From: an uncultured Oscillospiraceae bacterium
GTDB taxonomy: Bacteria; Bacillota; Clostridia; Oscillospirales; Acutalibacteraceae
Assembly (NCBI GenBank): GCA_900547095.1
Contig: URFG01000004.1
Span: forward strand, 16,001-80,000
Direction of reading: 5' to 3'
Length of the DNA stretch: 64,000 nucleotides
The position numbers and the translations under genes are program-made. This document shows positions 1 to 9,741 of the stretch, piece after piece (position 1 is the first letter of the stretch; the number at the start of each line of letters is the position of its first letter). The notes beneath the pieces were generated by a model that made no database searches, was not told where the DNA came from, and saw only the letters and a program-made list of their open reading frames with translations.

Positions 1-513
1 AAGCTCCTGTCTTCTGCAGTCTTTATAGAGCGAATGTGAAAAATCGGTCATAAAATCGGTGTTTTCAAGCTCAAAGCACCACTGAACGGGGTGATCGGTT
101 TCCGTCACCGAAGTGAGGCTTAAGGCATTGTTTTTCTTAAAAAGCTCAAAGGCGTTCTTTATATCAGAAGCTGTCCTTAAAGGCGAGGTGGGCTGAAGCA
201 AAACGCAATAATCGAATTTTTTCCCGATATTTTCATATTTTTTTAAAACTTCTCTTACAGCGTCCCAGGTGGAAGAACTGTCGGAGGAATTTTCGGGCTC
301 TCTTAAAAAAGGCTCGTCTGCTCCGGCATTTTTTGCGATATTTAAATATTTTTCAGAATCGGTAGAAACGTGCACCGTGTCGAAAATCTTTGAATTTATC
401 GCCGCCTCTATGGTATAGACCATAAGCGGCTTATCTTTAAGCTCTAAAATATTTTTATCCTTCAGCCCTTTTGAGCCGCTTCTTGCAGGAATTATCGCAA
501 TGGCTTTTTCCAA
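1..513 (-). CDS. Acylneuraminate (nonulosonic acid) cytidylyltransferase, NeuA/LegF family; N-terminal part only, gene continues past window start
   Basis: Reverse-strand translation from a TTG at 513 gives LEKAIAIIPARSGSKGLKDKNILELKDKPLMVYTIEAAINS..., the classic CMP-NeuAc synthetase N-terminus. RBS AAAGGGG sits 7 nt upstream. The frame is open to the window edge. Not in the ORF track because it has no in-window stop. Confidence 0.75.
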   Translation of the reverse strand, partial: MEKAIAIIPARSGSKGLKDKNILELKDKPLMVYTIEAAINSKIFDTVHVSTDSEKYLNIAKNAGADEPFLREPENSSDSSSTWDAVREVLKKYENIGKKFDYCVLLQPTSPLRTASDIKNAFELFKKNNALSLTSVTETDHPVQWCFELENTDFMTDFSHSLYKDCRRQEL

Positions 514-527
514 TTTATTTTCCCCTT

Positions 528-1688
528 TTAAAGATCATAAAACTTCTTTTTAAGATCTATTTTTTTATTCAAGAATTCTTTTATGCATTTATAAATGTTA
601 TAAGAAACATTGCCGTCGCCGTAAGGGCTAACAACATTTTTCATATTTTCCCTGAACTCTTCGCTTTTAAGCTTTAAAATTGCTTTGCTTATCGCGTTTT
701 TTTCAGGCTCGCAGGAAATTATTGAGTTCGCCTGCAATCTTCCCTTTTGCCTGTCGCCGATATTGATGGTAGGCACATTCAGCGCCGGTGCCTCCACTAT
801 TCCGCTCGAAGAATTTCCGAGCAGAGCCGCAGAATAAGAAAGCACCGCCGCATAGGTTTCGGGATCAAGCAAAGTGAAAAGAGCGCAGTTATCATTAGCT
901 CCCGCATAAGCCTTTATTTTATCCATTACTATATGACCGCCCGCGTCGGAATTTGAATGTAAAATAAAGTAATTATATTCTTTGTGAAGATCGATAGCGG
1001 ATAAAAGGTTTTCGGTCTGCTCCGCGGCATTTTCGATCTGCAGAGTAACGGGGTGGAAAATAACGCATATATAAGGCTTATTGAAATCAAAATTAAGCTT
1101 ATTCTTTAATTCTTCGCGGCTCGGTTTCGGAGCTTTTTTTACCATTTCCACTCCCACATCGCCGAAATTAAAGACTCTGTCGGGCGCCTCGCCTAACTGA
1201 ATTATCCTTTTTCTGTACTCTTCGCAGGCAGGGAAATGAAGATAAGCGGTTTTTGTAAGGCTGTGCCTTACGCATTCGTCGACCGCGCCCTCGGTGGTTT
1301 CCCCTCCCGAAATATGAGCTATAGGTATTCTTTCATTGACCGCTGCGAAAGCCACCGGTATCATTTCTGTTCTGTCGCCTAATATCACGAGCATATCGGG
1401 CTTTTGCCTTGCGAAGATATCCGCAAAAGCGATAAAAGCCATTCCCTGCGTTTTGGAAACTGCGGCAGGAGTATCGCCGCTTACAAGAATATCGGGTTTT
1501 TCGCTGATAATAAAGCCGTCGTTTTCGATTTGTGAAACGGTATATCCGTATTCACGGGATAAATGCGTACCCGTGGCAACAAGGCACAGTTCCAGTTCTT
1601 TATCCTCGGAAATAAGCTTTATTATTCCTTTTAAAAGTCCGTATTCCGCGCGGGAAGAAGTAACAACGCAAATTTTCTTTTTCATCAA
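528..1688 (-). CDS. UDP-N-acetylglucosamine 2-epimerase (hydrolysing), NeuC/LegG family
   Basis: 386 aa with GDRTEM and HISGGE motifs typical of hydrolysing UDP-GlcNAc 2-epimerases of sialic/legionaminic acid pathways. Lies directly upstream of the NeuA-like gene. Confidence 0.8.
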   Translation of the reverse strand: MMKKKICVVTSSRAEYGLLKGIIKLISEDKELELCLVATGTHLSREYGYTVSQIENDGFIISEKPDILVSGDTPAAVSKTQGMAFIAFADIFARQKPDMLVILGDRTEMIPVAFAAVNERIPIAHISGGETTEGAVDECVRHSLTKTAYLHFPACEEYRKRIIQLGEAPDRVFNFGDVGVEMVKKAPKPSREELKNKLNFDFNKPYICVIFHPVTLQIENAAEQTENLLSAIDLHKEYNYFILHSNSDAGGHIVMDKIKAYAGANDNCALFTLLDPETYAAVLSYSAALLGNSSSGIVEAPALNVPTINIGDRQKGRLQANSIISCEPEKNAISKAILKLKSEEFRENMKNVVSPYGDGNVSYNIYKCIKEFLNKKIDLKKKFYDL

Positions 1689-1697
1689 ACCACCGCT

Positions 1698-2759
1698 TTA
1701 TTTTCTGTACTGAATATAATAATCATTGTTTTTATCAAAAAGCGGATCATTTTCTTTCCTTAAATCGAGCAGATGATCGTAGGCGTTTTGGTCGGCTATA
1801 GTGCGCCCGATAAAGAAAGGAATTCTTCCGTTTTTATTAAATTGTTTTTTAAAATTAAACAGGCTATCCTCTATTCCGACGCCGCCGCCCAAATGAAGCT
1901 TCTTTATACCCCTTTCGTTCGCCCAGAGCGCCGCCTCATAAAGCAAAAGATTTGTAGGAGCATAAGATCTGTACTCCATAAGAGTACCCGAAAGGTGATA
2001 ATGCATAAAATTATCATTGAAGAAAAATATCGAAGAGCTAATTATGGTCCCGTTTAAAACAGCATAAAAGAATTTCGTATTTTCGCCCATTTCATTTATC
2101 AGAAATTCATAATACGATCTCTCAAAGAAATAGTAATTCTTAGCGTCAAGCCTTGTCATAGTGCTGTTATAAATATTTATAAAATCTTCTAAATGTTCGC
2201 CGTTGTCACAGATTATCTCAACGCCCGATTTTTTCGCCTTTCTTATCATATTGCGGTTTTTAGAATCCATATTCGAAAATATCAGATCCGAATCGGAAGT
2301 ATCGATATAGACCGTATCTTTTATTTCGGAAATTTCGCTTACTTTATCGATAGTATGCTGATTGCTAAGCAGCGGATGATATCTTACAAACTGCGTGACT
2401 ATTTTATTTTTTCTGCAGAATTCTTTAAAATATGTATCGAATTCCTTTTGGTCCGCCTCGGGAATTTCAGAGTCGCTAAGCGGTCCGCCGTAACCGTAAG
2501 GCGTGCTGAGATCGAAATAAACGCCTTTTTTAAGAATTCCCTCAAAGGCTCCGAAATCGGCAATATCCTTGATATGCACGGGATAGCAAAACCGCGAATT
2601 TTCTCCCTTAAAGTATATAAGCCACTGTTTGCCGTCGCCGTGGCGAGCCATTGATTCGGTGTATTCATAAAGATAATAAATATCCCAATTTTTAAATGAT
2701 TTGACGGTTTTATTCCATTCTTCGCGGCTTTCCCCGTCAAAAACAATAAACTCACTCAT
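1698..2759 (-). CDS. FemAB-family / GNAT-like (Acetyltransf_6-like) transferase
   Basis: About 354 aa. Resembles FemAB/BioF2-like aminoacyl or acyl transferases. Start chosen at MSEFIVFDGE (ATG 2759), which overlaps the upstream stop as ATGAGTGA. Confidence 0.45.
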   Translation of the reverse strand: MSEFIVFDGESREEWNKTVKSFKNWDIYYLYEYTESMARHGDGKQWLIYFKGENSRFCYPVHIKDIADFGAFEGILKKGVYFDLSTPYGYGGPLSDSEIPEADQKEFDTYFKEFCRKNKIVTQFVRYHPLLSNQHTIDKVSEISEIKDTVYIDTSDSDLIFSNMDSKNRNMIRKAKKSGVEIICDNGEHLEDFINIYNSTMTRLDAKNYYFFERSYYEFLINEMGENTKFFYAVLNGTIISSSIFFFNDNFMHYHLSGTLMEYRSYAPTNLLLYEAALWANERGIKKLHLGGGVGIEDSLFNFKKQFNKNGRIPFFIGRTIADQNAYDHLLDLRKENDPLFDKNNDYYIQYRK

Positions 2760-3786
2760 TAAAATAACCCCCGATAATTTTCGCAACAGTGTCCATATCC
2801 TTTAAGCCGTAACGCTGGTCGGTAGGAACGGAAATAACCGTTCCTGACATCTCTTTTGCATTTTTATCTTTTATGCACTCCGGCATCGGCCAATGAACGG
2901 CACAGTAAACTTTATTTTCAATAAGATATTTTCTGAATTTATCCCGATCTTTTAATGCGGTCACATAAGTAAAAGGAATCTCTCCGCTTTTTATCGTGTC
3001 GGTTACCGGCGGCAGAAATTTTGAAATAATGCTTTCAAGCCGCTTATAATTTTCAAGCCTTTTTTGCTTTATGATATCCACATCAAAGCAACCGAGCAGA
3101 AATTTTGATAGATCGGATATTTTTTTGATCTCGCTTTCTTCGAATTCTTCTTCCGTTTTTAAAAATATTTTTCTGAAAGTTTCCTTGCAGTCGAAATTGC
3201 CTCTTAAATACAATGATTTTAAAACCATTGCGTTTATCCTGCCGCTTTCTTTGGTATTTAAACTGCAATATCCGCTCCTATCCAAAAGATTTTGCGAATA
3301 AAGCACGCCGCCGTCAGGCACAGGAAACCATTTTCTAAGCGAGCAGACGCAGAAATCGCCTATAGTTTTTAAAGAAGAAAAAATACCGTGAGTGGTGTCC
3401 TCGATTATTATAAAGTTATATTTTTCTTTTTTCTTTATCAAAAATTCTCTTATTTCTTCACTCTGCAAAAATCCAAAATAATTCATCAGATAAAAAATAT
3501 CAAGCTTTTCAAAATCCAAATTTTCAAGACTTTTCAAATCAATGGAAAAATCATCGTTTATCTTATAAAAAAATGTTTTTTTATCCTTAAAAAGATCGGT
3601 CACGCTCTCGCAGATATAAGCCGGCAAAGCTACGAAAGACGCGGGATTTTTTTCAAGCAAAAATCTTATCGCGTTTCTTCCGCTGTCAAAATAAAGCGAA
3701 TCATAATTTTTAAGATATTTAAAAATATTATTTTCTTTAGCTTTTATCTTTTTTAAATCAATATCGAAATCGCTTCCGAACTCCAT
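2752..3786 (-). CDS. DegT/DnrJ/EryC1/StrS-family PLP-dependent sugar aminotransferase
   Basis: 344 aa with GRNAIRFLL, LPAYICESV and SLRKWFPVPDGGVL (PLP-lysine region), characteristic of nucleotide-sugar 4-aminotransferases. Confidence 0.7.
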   Translation of the reverse strand: MEFGSDFDIDLKKIKAKENNIFKYLKNYDSLYFDSGRNAIRFLLEKNPASFVALPAYICESVTDLFKDKKTFFYKINDDFSIDLKSLENLDFEKLDIFYLMNYFGFLQSEEIREFLIKKKEKYNFIIIEDTTHGIFSSLKTIGDFCVCSLRKWFPVPDGGVLYSQNLLDRSGYCSLNTKESGRINAMVLKSLYLRGNFDCKETFRKIFLKTEEEFEESEIKKISDLSKFLLGCFDVDIIKQKRLENYKRLESIISKFLPPVTDTIKSGEIPFTYVTALKDRDKFRKYLIENKVYCAVHWPMPECIKDKNAKEMSGTVISVPTDQRYGLKDMDTVAKIIGGYFNE

Positions 3787-3800
3787 ATCCTGCCTGCCTT

Positions 3801-4772
3801 TTAAAATTTAAGTTTCCTTTTTAATTTTGAAAAAAATGTTTCTTTTGCGTATTTTTTTGTAAGCTTGGTAAATTTATCGGGATATTTTGCAAATTCCTTT
3901 AAAAACTTTTTTCTTCTGCTGTTTTCGGGAGCGGGAGTCATAATTCTTCCGTTTCGTTTTATTATTTCTTCCGCGTCAATTTGTTTAAATTCAGTATACT
4001 TCAATATTTTCCCGAGTTCAAGTTTTCCCTTTTGCGATAATGCCAAAACAGACGAAACTCCCAGATTATCGTCAAAATCAGGGAAAAGCTTATCCATTCC
4101 CCAGCCGTCGCCCAAAAGAATATCCGCTTTTATGTTTCCGCCTTTAATTTTGCATTTGAGGCATACATCGCGCTCGAAAATTCCCGAAGTAAAGCATTTA
4201 AGGAAATAGCCGTCTTCATTTCTGAAAGTTATATGCTCGGAATTATCTTTGAATGTGACGCGCATTCCGTAGTTGCTCCAGCCCTTTTGCTTGTCGCGCA
4301 TAGTTAAACTTTTTATCTCGCCGCGCTTTTGCTCTTCTTTTAAAAAAGCCTGATAAATATTCCTGCCGATAGATCCGTGGCATACCACCCCTACGGTTAA
4401 AAGCTTATCCGAATCGGTTACCGATCTTTTAAGCGCATCTATCTGGCACGGCACGCCCGAAAAAAGAACTTCCTTGCCCTCGCTTAACAAGGTTTTTATT
4501 TCATTAAAACAATTTTTTAAATTGCTTACGACATATTTTGATCCCATCATTTTATAAACATCGGATAAATCGTTGCTAACAATATGCTCGGGTAAAAGCT
4601 CCTGCGAATAAACACAGCCGCATACATACCCTCCGCGGCTGATAATTTCTTTTGCAAGCAGAATAAAAACTCCGCCAGAAGAGCTGTTTTTGCGCTCGGC
4701 TTCATTTTTATTTTTTATAACATAACCCTCGGCGTTTATTATCGGCACGGGATCAAATTCAAAATCTTTCAT
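3801..4772 (-). CDS. Coenzyme F420 hydrogenase/dehydrogenase beta-subunit-like (FrhB/FdhB family) protein, no ferredoxin domain
   Basis: Family-level similarity (GVPCQIDAL, VVCHG). The ORF-track N-terminal extension is rejected. Start set at MKDFEF (ATG 4772), 4 nt from the upstream stop. Paired with a pyruvyltransferase, as is commonly seen in EPS loci. Confidence 0.6.
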   Translation of the reverse strand: MKDFEFDPVPIINAEGYVIKNKNEAERKNSSSGGVFILLAKEIISRGGYVCGCVYSQELLPEHIVSNDLSDVYKMMGSKYVVSNLKNCFNEIKTLLSEGKEVLFSGVPCQIDALKRSVTDSDKLLTVGVVCHGSIGRNIYQAFLKEEQKRGEIKSLTMRDKQKGWSNYGMRVTFKDNSEHITFRNEDGYFLKCFTSGIFERDVCLKCKIKGGNIKADILLGDGWGMDKLFPDFDDNLGVSSVLALSQKGKLELGKILKYTEFKQIDAEEIIKRNGRIMTPAPENSRRKKFLKEFAKYPDKFTKLTKKYAKETFFSKLKRKLKF

Positions 4773-4776
4773 CTTT

Positions 4777-5913
4777 TTAAAGCTTCCTTTCGGGGATAAG
4801 ATCGATTGCCGTTTTAAGATAACTGTATGATTTTGCTCTTTTTTCTTCAAGGATTTTTTCTGCATTTGAATAATCAATATCGGATAAATCGGGCGAAGAC
4901 AGACACAGCCTGTTTTCAAGACCGAAAGTTTTAAGAGCGTCGGATAATCTGTTATTATCGGAATTTATATCGGTGCTTTTTCTTTTTTGAAACGATAAGA
5001 AATTCTTTTTAAAATTCACTGAAAACATTGTTCCGTGGAAAGAATCCGTGCAGATAAAATCAGCATTTTTTATAAGAGAAATAAACCCGTCAGGTCCGAC
5101 CGTTTCTTTTTTTATATTCCAGTTTTTCATTTCAAGATAGGACATCGGGATTGCTCTGATTTCAAGCCCTTTTTGCTTTGCTATATTTTCCGCTGTTTTT
5201 CTGTGCTCGGTATTATCGCCTAAAAAATAAGTAAGAAGATAGGGTTTTTCAAAAGTAAAATCAGAAGAAACCTTTTCCCATTCCTCCGGCTTTAAAAGGA
5301 GCGTCGGGTCTAAAACAGGGCTTACCGTTTTACCTAAAAGCTCGCTTAATATCTTCGCTCCTCCCTCTTCTCTGCAGGAAAGCGCGGAAAACTCCGATAA
5401 TGCGTTTTTAAATATTTCTCTGTATTCTTCGGGAATTTTCCCTGTGCCGATGCTCGGAGCATAGCTTAATTTAACCGTTTCTTTTTCGCTTAAAAATTCA
5501 AGTAAAAAATCTCTCCACCTTGAAACATAGGGGTTCCAGGTCTGATCGCTTCCGATCATGACAGCCTGATATTTTTCACACTGTTTTTTAAGGCTTTCAT
5601 AATTATCGGATCTTTCGTTTGATAATTTTAAATTGTCTTTATAAAACTTATCAAACTCCGCTTGCTTTTTTAATTCGCAATCCTTAAATTTATATAAATT
5701 ATAATACTTATCAAAATCTTTTATATAAGTAAAAATTCTTTTAAATCTTGTTAAAAAAAGTTTTTTACCGACATAGTCGTTTTTCGGCATAAAATCAATA
5801 ATTTCGGCAGTGCAGTCAAAATTGTTTTCTATAGCTTTGCAAAGCGCATAAGCCTGGAGCATAGTGCCGTAATTATAATATTTATGATAAGTTAAAATTC
5901 CTAAGGATCTCAT
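4777..5913 (-). CDS. Polysaccharide pyruvyl transferase (CsaB/WcaK family), copy 1
   Basis: 378 aa. N-terminus MRSLGILTYHKYYNYGTMLQAYAL is the PS_pyruv_trans signature. Confidence 0.75.
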   Translation of the reverse strand: MRSLGILTYHKYYNYGTMLQAYALCKAIENNFDCTAEIIDFMPKNDYVGKKLFLTRFKRIFTYIKDFDKYYNLYKFKDCELKKQAEFDKFYKDNLKLSNERSDNYESLKKQCEKYQAVMIGSDQTWNPYVSRWRDFLLEFLSEKETVKLSYAPSIGTGKIPEEYREIFKNALSEFSALSCREEGGAKILSELLGKTVSPVLDPTLLLKPEEWEKVSSDFTFEKPYLLTYFLGDNTEHRKTAENIAKQKGLEIRAIPMSYLEMKNWNIKKETVGPDGFISLIKNADFICTDSFHGTMFSVNFKKNFLSFQKRKSTDINSDNNRLSDALKTFGLENRLCLSSPDLSDIDYSNAEKILEEKRAKSYSYLKTAIDLIPERKL

Positions 5914-7463
5914 TTTTTCTTTCTCCCGCGAATCATATTTAAAAGCAACTTCATTTCGTTTGTTTTAAGAACAACAAGGCTTGCAAGATACACCGCAGTG
6001 CCTATAATTACCATTAAAAGGGTATAAATCAGCGTGCCTTTAAATCCGGACGAGAAAAATCCGATCTTAATAAGCGGAATTTTTATAAGCGACAGAATTA
6101 AAAGCATTAAAACAGCTGAAATTCCTGATTTTACCGATAAAACAAACGATTTTTTATAATTTAAGCCGTCAAGTCTTTTCTTCGCTGTTTTAAGAATTAA
6201 AAACGCGATAACAGCGGTTGATATCGTGGTTGCAAGCGCAAGCCCTAGAGCCCCTAAGAATTTTGCGAGAATAATATTAAGCACTATATTTATTCCTATT
6301 CCGATAAGCGAGTTATACATCGGAGTTTTTGAATCCTCCAGAGAATAGAAAAGCCTTGAGCTTGCCTGCCTTAAAGCCGTGAAGAAAAGGCAGACCATAT
6401 AGCACACAAAAAGCGGTGCAATAGAGCTTACCGATTTTTCATCAAAAGCTCCTCTCATAAACACAATGCTTATTATCTCGTTTCTGAGAACATATCCTCC
6501 GATAATAAGCGGGAAAAGAATTAAGATAAAAAACGATATCGCAAGGTTTAATGTTTCGGACATTCCCTCTTTATCATCTCTCGCCGCCTGGCGCGCCATT
6601 TGAGGATAAATAACCGTCGAAACACCGGATATTAAAAGTGTGGAAATCGCGCTTGTGAGCTTTGAGGCATAGTTAAGCGAGGCGATACTGCCCGTTGATA
6701 AAAACGAGGCGATCATTCTGTCTATAAGCTTGTTTATCTCCGCCGCGCCTATTCCTAAAAACACAGGGCCCATCATTTTACCGGCACTTATAAGCGAGGG
6801 ATCTTTTAAAGAAAACTTAAATTTATATTTATAATATTTCCGCCTTATGGCTATCGAATATAAAAGCGAGAGAAATATTCCTGCGAAGTTTCCGTAGATC
6901 GCGGCAAAAATTCCGAATTTGCTGTGAAGAACTATCACGGATATTATAAATACAACATTTTGAATATTGGAAGTGAGCGCGGGAAGAGCAAAGCTCTTGT
7001 TTACATTCATCACACCTGTGTTTACGGTGATGATCTGTGAAAAAAGAATCGTGGGCACTATAATTCTTGTGAGCTCCACTGCAAGCGCGTGGGTAGACTT
7101 GTTTAAACCGGGGGAGAATGCAAAAACCACTTCATTTGCGAAAATTTCAAATAAAATTATAATAATTCCCGTAAATGCTGCAATCACAGTTATAAAATTA
7201 GAAATAAACCTATCTGCACTCTCAATCGACTCGCCGAATTTATGCTTAGAATAAATCGGGATAATTATAGTCTGAATTGCGGTAGTTACGACTGCAAAAA
7301 TGGTAACCGGGAGCGAAACCGCCACCGTGTATGCGTCAGCCTCGGCAGTTGTACCGTAAAAGCCTGCAAACACGGCCTCCATAACAAAAGAAAAAACTAT
7401 TGAAACGGCGTTTACAACCGTCAAAAGCATAGCGGATTTAGCCATTGCTCCGTTTTTACCCAT
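5910..7463 (-). CDS. MOP-superfamily polysaccharide flippase (MurJ/MviN-like or Wzx-like)
   Basis: 517 aa, about 14 predicted TM helices, MurJ-like N-terminus. Embedded in the glycan operon. Confidence 0.65.
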   Translation of the reverse strand: MGKNGAMAKSAMLLTVVNAVSIVFSFVMEAVFAGFYGTTAEADAYTVAVSLPVTIFAVVTTAIQTIIIPIYSKHKFGESIESADRFISNFITVIAAFTGIIIILFEIFANEVVFAFSPGLNKSTHALAVELTRIIVPTILFSQIITVNTGVMNVNKSFALPALTSNIQNVVFIISVIVLHSKFGIFAAIYGNFAGIFLSLLYSIAIRRKYYKYKFKFSLKDPSLISAGKMMGPVFLGIGAAEINKLIDRMIASFLSTGSIASLNYASKLTSAISTLLISGVSTVIYPQMARQAARDDKEGMSETLNLAISFFILILFPLIIGGYVLRNEIISIVFMRGAFDEKSVSSIAPLFVCYMVCLFFTALRQASSRLFYSLEDSKTPMYNSLIGIGINIVLNIILAKFLGALGLALATTISTAVIAFLILKTAKKRLDGLNYKKSFVLSVKSGISAVLMLLILSLIKIPLIKIGFFSSGFKGTLIYTLLMVIIGTAVYLASLVVLKTNEMKLLLNMIRGRKKK

Positions 7464-7471
7464 TTTTTCAC

Positions 7472-8626
7472 CTACTTTATCATAGATCTCAATTTATCTT
7501 TTACTTTTCTTATAAAGCTTTGTTTAGGATATTTTTTAATAAGTCCATTTATAGACAGCTTTTCTGAATCGCTCAAAAATTCTTCTCTTAAACTTGGAGC
7601 TTTAAAATTGCTTAGCGCAGTTTTTCTTTTTTCAAATATGCTTTCCTCGCTGACAGGTATTAGCTCGATTTTATCCTTAATAAAATTTAAAAGCTTTTCA
7701 CCCTTATCGGAGCTGACGATTACTGCGGATATCCCCTGCTTTACGGGGATTTCGGGATAATATTCTTCTATTTTCCAAAAATCGGCGACGGTGATATCCG
7801 ATACGCGGTCCTTTCGCCTGTAAAGGCAATTAAAACAGCTTTCTCTAAGCGACAGATGCCGCCCGAACCAATAATGGAATTCGTTTTTACTGCCTGAGTT
7901 TTTAAAAGATTTTAAAGGCTTAAATTCGGCGGACTGCGTCAATTTGCCCCAGCCATCTGTTTTTGCCCTGAAATTATATTTTATAAGCTTTGCTTTGTGC
8001 TTATCTTCAAGATATTCTTTATATTTCCCCCATAATGCGGGAGCGGGCACGCCGTGGCAGATAAAATCTATAATATATAAATTTTCATACTCTTTTTCTA
8101 AATATTTTTTAAGACCGCCAGCCTGGCAGGGAGCGCCTGTAAAAAGCACGGTGCCGCCCCTTTCAAGCTCTTTTTTTATCTCTTTATATGTATCTTTTAA
8201 ATCACTCTGCAAATATTTTGAGCCTGCAAAGGCTTTGATATCGCCGATATCATCAGAAAGCTTATGGTAAACGGTTTTTAAGTCATCACTAAACCTCGCT
8301 CCGCACACTTTAAAGCCTTGTTTTACAAATTCCTGCATAAGAAGCGATACAACCGCGCCGCTCGTGGAATTTTCATCCATAAACTCTTCTTTTGCATACG
8401 CCGCAAAATAATTTGCATTATCACTGCTTAAAAATATATTTTCATTATCCTTATATGCCTGGCATACTTTTTCGCAAAGTCCGCAGTTTACGCACTTATC
8501 CTTATTTATTTCAGGAAATAAAAATCCGCCTTTTCGAGCTTTCATTTCAATAGCGGATTTAGGGCATACGCTAAAGCACGCAGTGCAGCCTGTGCAGAGA
8601 TTTTTGATTTTATTAATTTCTATCAA
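7472..8626 (-). CDS. FrhB/FdhB-family protein with N-terminal 2x[4Fe-4S] ferredoxin domain
   Basis: 384 aa. Two CxxCxxCxxxCP motifs (CTGCTACFSVCP, CVNCGLCEKVC), then an FrhB-like core (GAPCQAGGL, ICHGVP). Confidence 0.65.
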   Translation of the reverse strand: MIEINKIKNLCTGCTACFSVCPKSAIEMKARKGGFLFPEINKDKCVNCGLCEKVCQAYKDNENIFLSSDNANYFAAYAKEEFMDENSTSGAVVSLLMQEFVKQGFKVCGARFSDDLKTVYHKLSDDIGDIKAFAGSKYLQSDLKDTYKEIKKELERGGTVLFTGAPCQAGGLKKYLEKEYENLYIIDFICHGVPAPALWGKYKEYLEDKHKAKLIKYNFRAKTDGWGKLTQSAEFKPLKSFKNSGSKNEFHYWFGRHLSLRESCFNCLYRRKDRVSDITVADFWKIEEYYPEIPVKQGISAVIVSSDKGEKLLNFIKDKIELIPVSEESIFEKRKTALSNFKAPSLREEFLSDSEKLSINGLIKKYPKQSFIRKVKDKLRSMIK

Positions 8627-9741
8627 TTTTCTTCCCTCAAAGCTGATTTAAGATAATCTTCGGAGCTTTTGATAAAATCGGCAAGCTTGTCAGAGTCCGA
8701 ATTATAATCGGTTTTTAAGTCTTTCTCGCTCATATTTTTTACTTCGCTTAAGCTCTTAATTCTATCAGAAATTCCTGCGACTTTTAAAAGGCTTTCCATT
8801 CTGGAATTCGCTGTTTTCTTTTTTACAACTATCAGATCTTTTTCAAATATGACTGAAAAAGCTGTTGCGTGAAAAGAGTTTGTTATAACCATTTCCGCAT
8901 TTTTAATAAGACCGACGAATTCTTTAGGGCAGGCGTCTAAAATATCGATATCGGGTTTGACCTTTTCGCGGTCGTTAATATCGATAAGCACGGTTTTAAG
9001 TCCTGTGATTCTTTTTATCTCTTTAACGATTCCAACCGCCTCTGCGCTCGGATTTAAAAAGTAACAGCAGATATAAGGCTCTTTTATCTCAGGCTCTTTT
9101 GAAAAATCCGACCATCTTTTTTTATCAAGCAAAAACACCGGATCGCATACGTGCCTGACCTCGCCGCCGTATAACGGCTCGATCTGCTTAATATCCGAGC
9201 TTTCTCTTACAGATACCGCTTTAAAATCCTTTAAAAGCTCTTTAACCTCTTCCTTTTTATCCTCGGGAATTTTATCGGCAACGCTCGGAGCATAAGCTAT
9301 TTTTTTAACATTTTCATAACTGCCGTCTAACCCTAAAAACCAAACTTTTTCTATCTCTTTATGGCGCGAAACATTCCAAATCTGGTCGCTGCCGGCAATC
9401 AAAGCGTCATAAGGGCAAGGATCGCTTTCGATATCCTCTTTTGAAAAATATGGTTTTGAGCATTTGATATTTTCTTTTACGAATTTTTTATAATTTTCAA
9501 ATCTTTTCTTTTTAAGATATATTCTTTTAGGGTGCAGGCAAGTAAGGCCGAAAAGCGCAAAAGTTTTTGCGCCCGTGATTTTAGGAAGAACTTTCCAATA
9601 ATTTTTATAATGCGCGGGGAAATAGTTAAGAACCTCGGCATCGCAGTCAAGATCTTCCTTTAAATATGTCTGTAAAGCATAGGTCTGCAAAAGCGCACCG
9701 TAATTACTCGCATACTGCGTAGTTACAACTCCGGTCTTCAT
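8623..9741 (-). CDS. Polysaccharide pyruvyl transferase, copy 2
   Basis: MKTGVVTTQYASNYGALLQTYAL parallels the start of copy 1. Start chosen at that Met. The ORF-track start at 9771 is also possible. Confidence 0.7.
   Translation of the reverse strand: MKTGVVTTQYASNYGALLQTYALQTYLKEDLDCDAEVLNYFPAHYKNYWKVLPKITGAKTFALFGLTCLHPKRIYLKKKRFENYKKFVKENIKCSKPYFSKEDIESDPCPYDALIAGSDQIWNVSRHKEIEKVWFLGLDGSYENVKKIAYAPSVADKIPEDKKEEVKELLKDFKAVSVRESSDIKQIEPLYGGEVRHVCDPVFLLDKKRWSDFSKEPEIKEPYICCYFLNPSAEAVGIVKEIKRITGLKTVLIDINDREKVKPDIDILDACPKEFVGLIKNAEMVITNSFHATAFSVIFEKDLIVVKKKTANSRMESLLKVAGISDRIKSLSEVKNMSEKDLKTDYNSDSDKLADFIKSSEDYLKSALREEN

Noticed and set aside
2193-2654. Plus-strand ORFs of 60-170 aa lying inside minus-strand genes of the glycan operon (for example 2193-2654, 1773-2057, 10140-10370, 13947-14297)
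   Set aside because: Fully antisense to well-supported genes. No RBS. Low-complexity translations typical of AT-rich antisense frames.
4773-4919. ORF-track N-terminal extension of the FrhB-like gene (MKTGCVCLRP...), overlapping the pyruvyltransferase
   Set aside because: The extension overlaps the upstream gene by 143 nt. An internal ATG at 4772 gives a 4-nt intergenic gap and the family-typical N-terminus.
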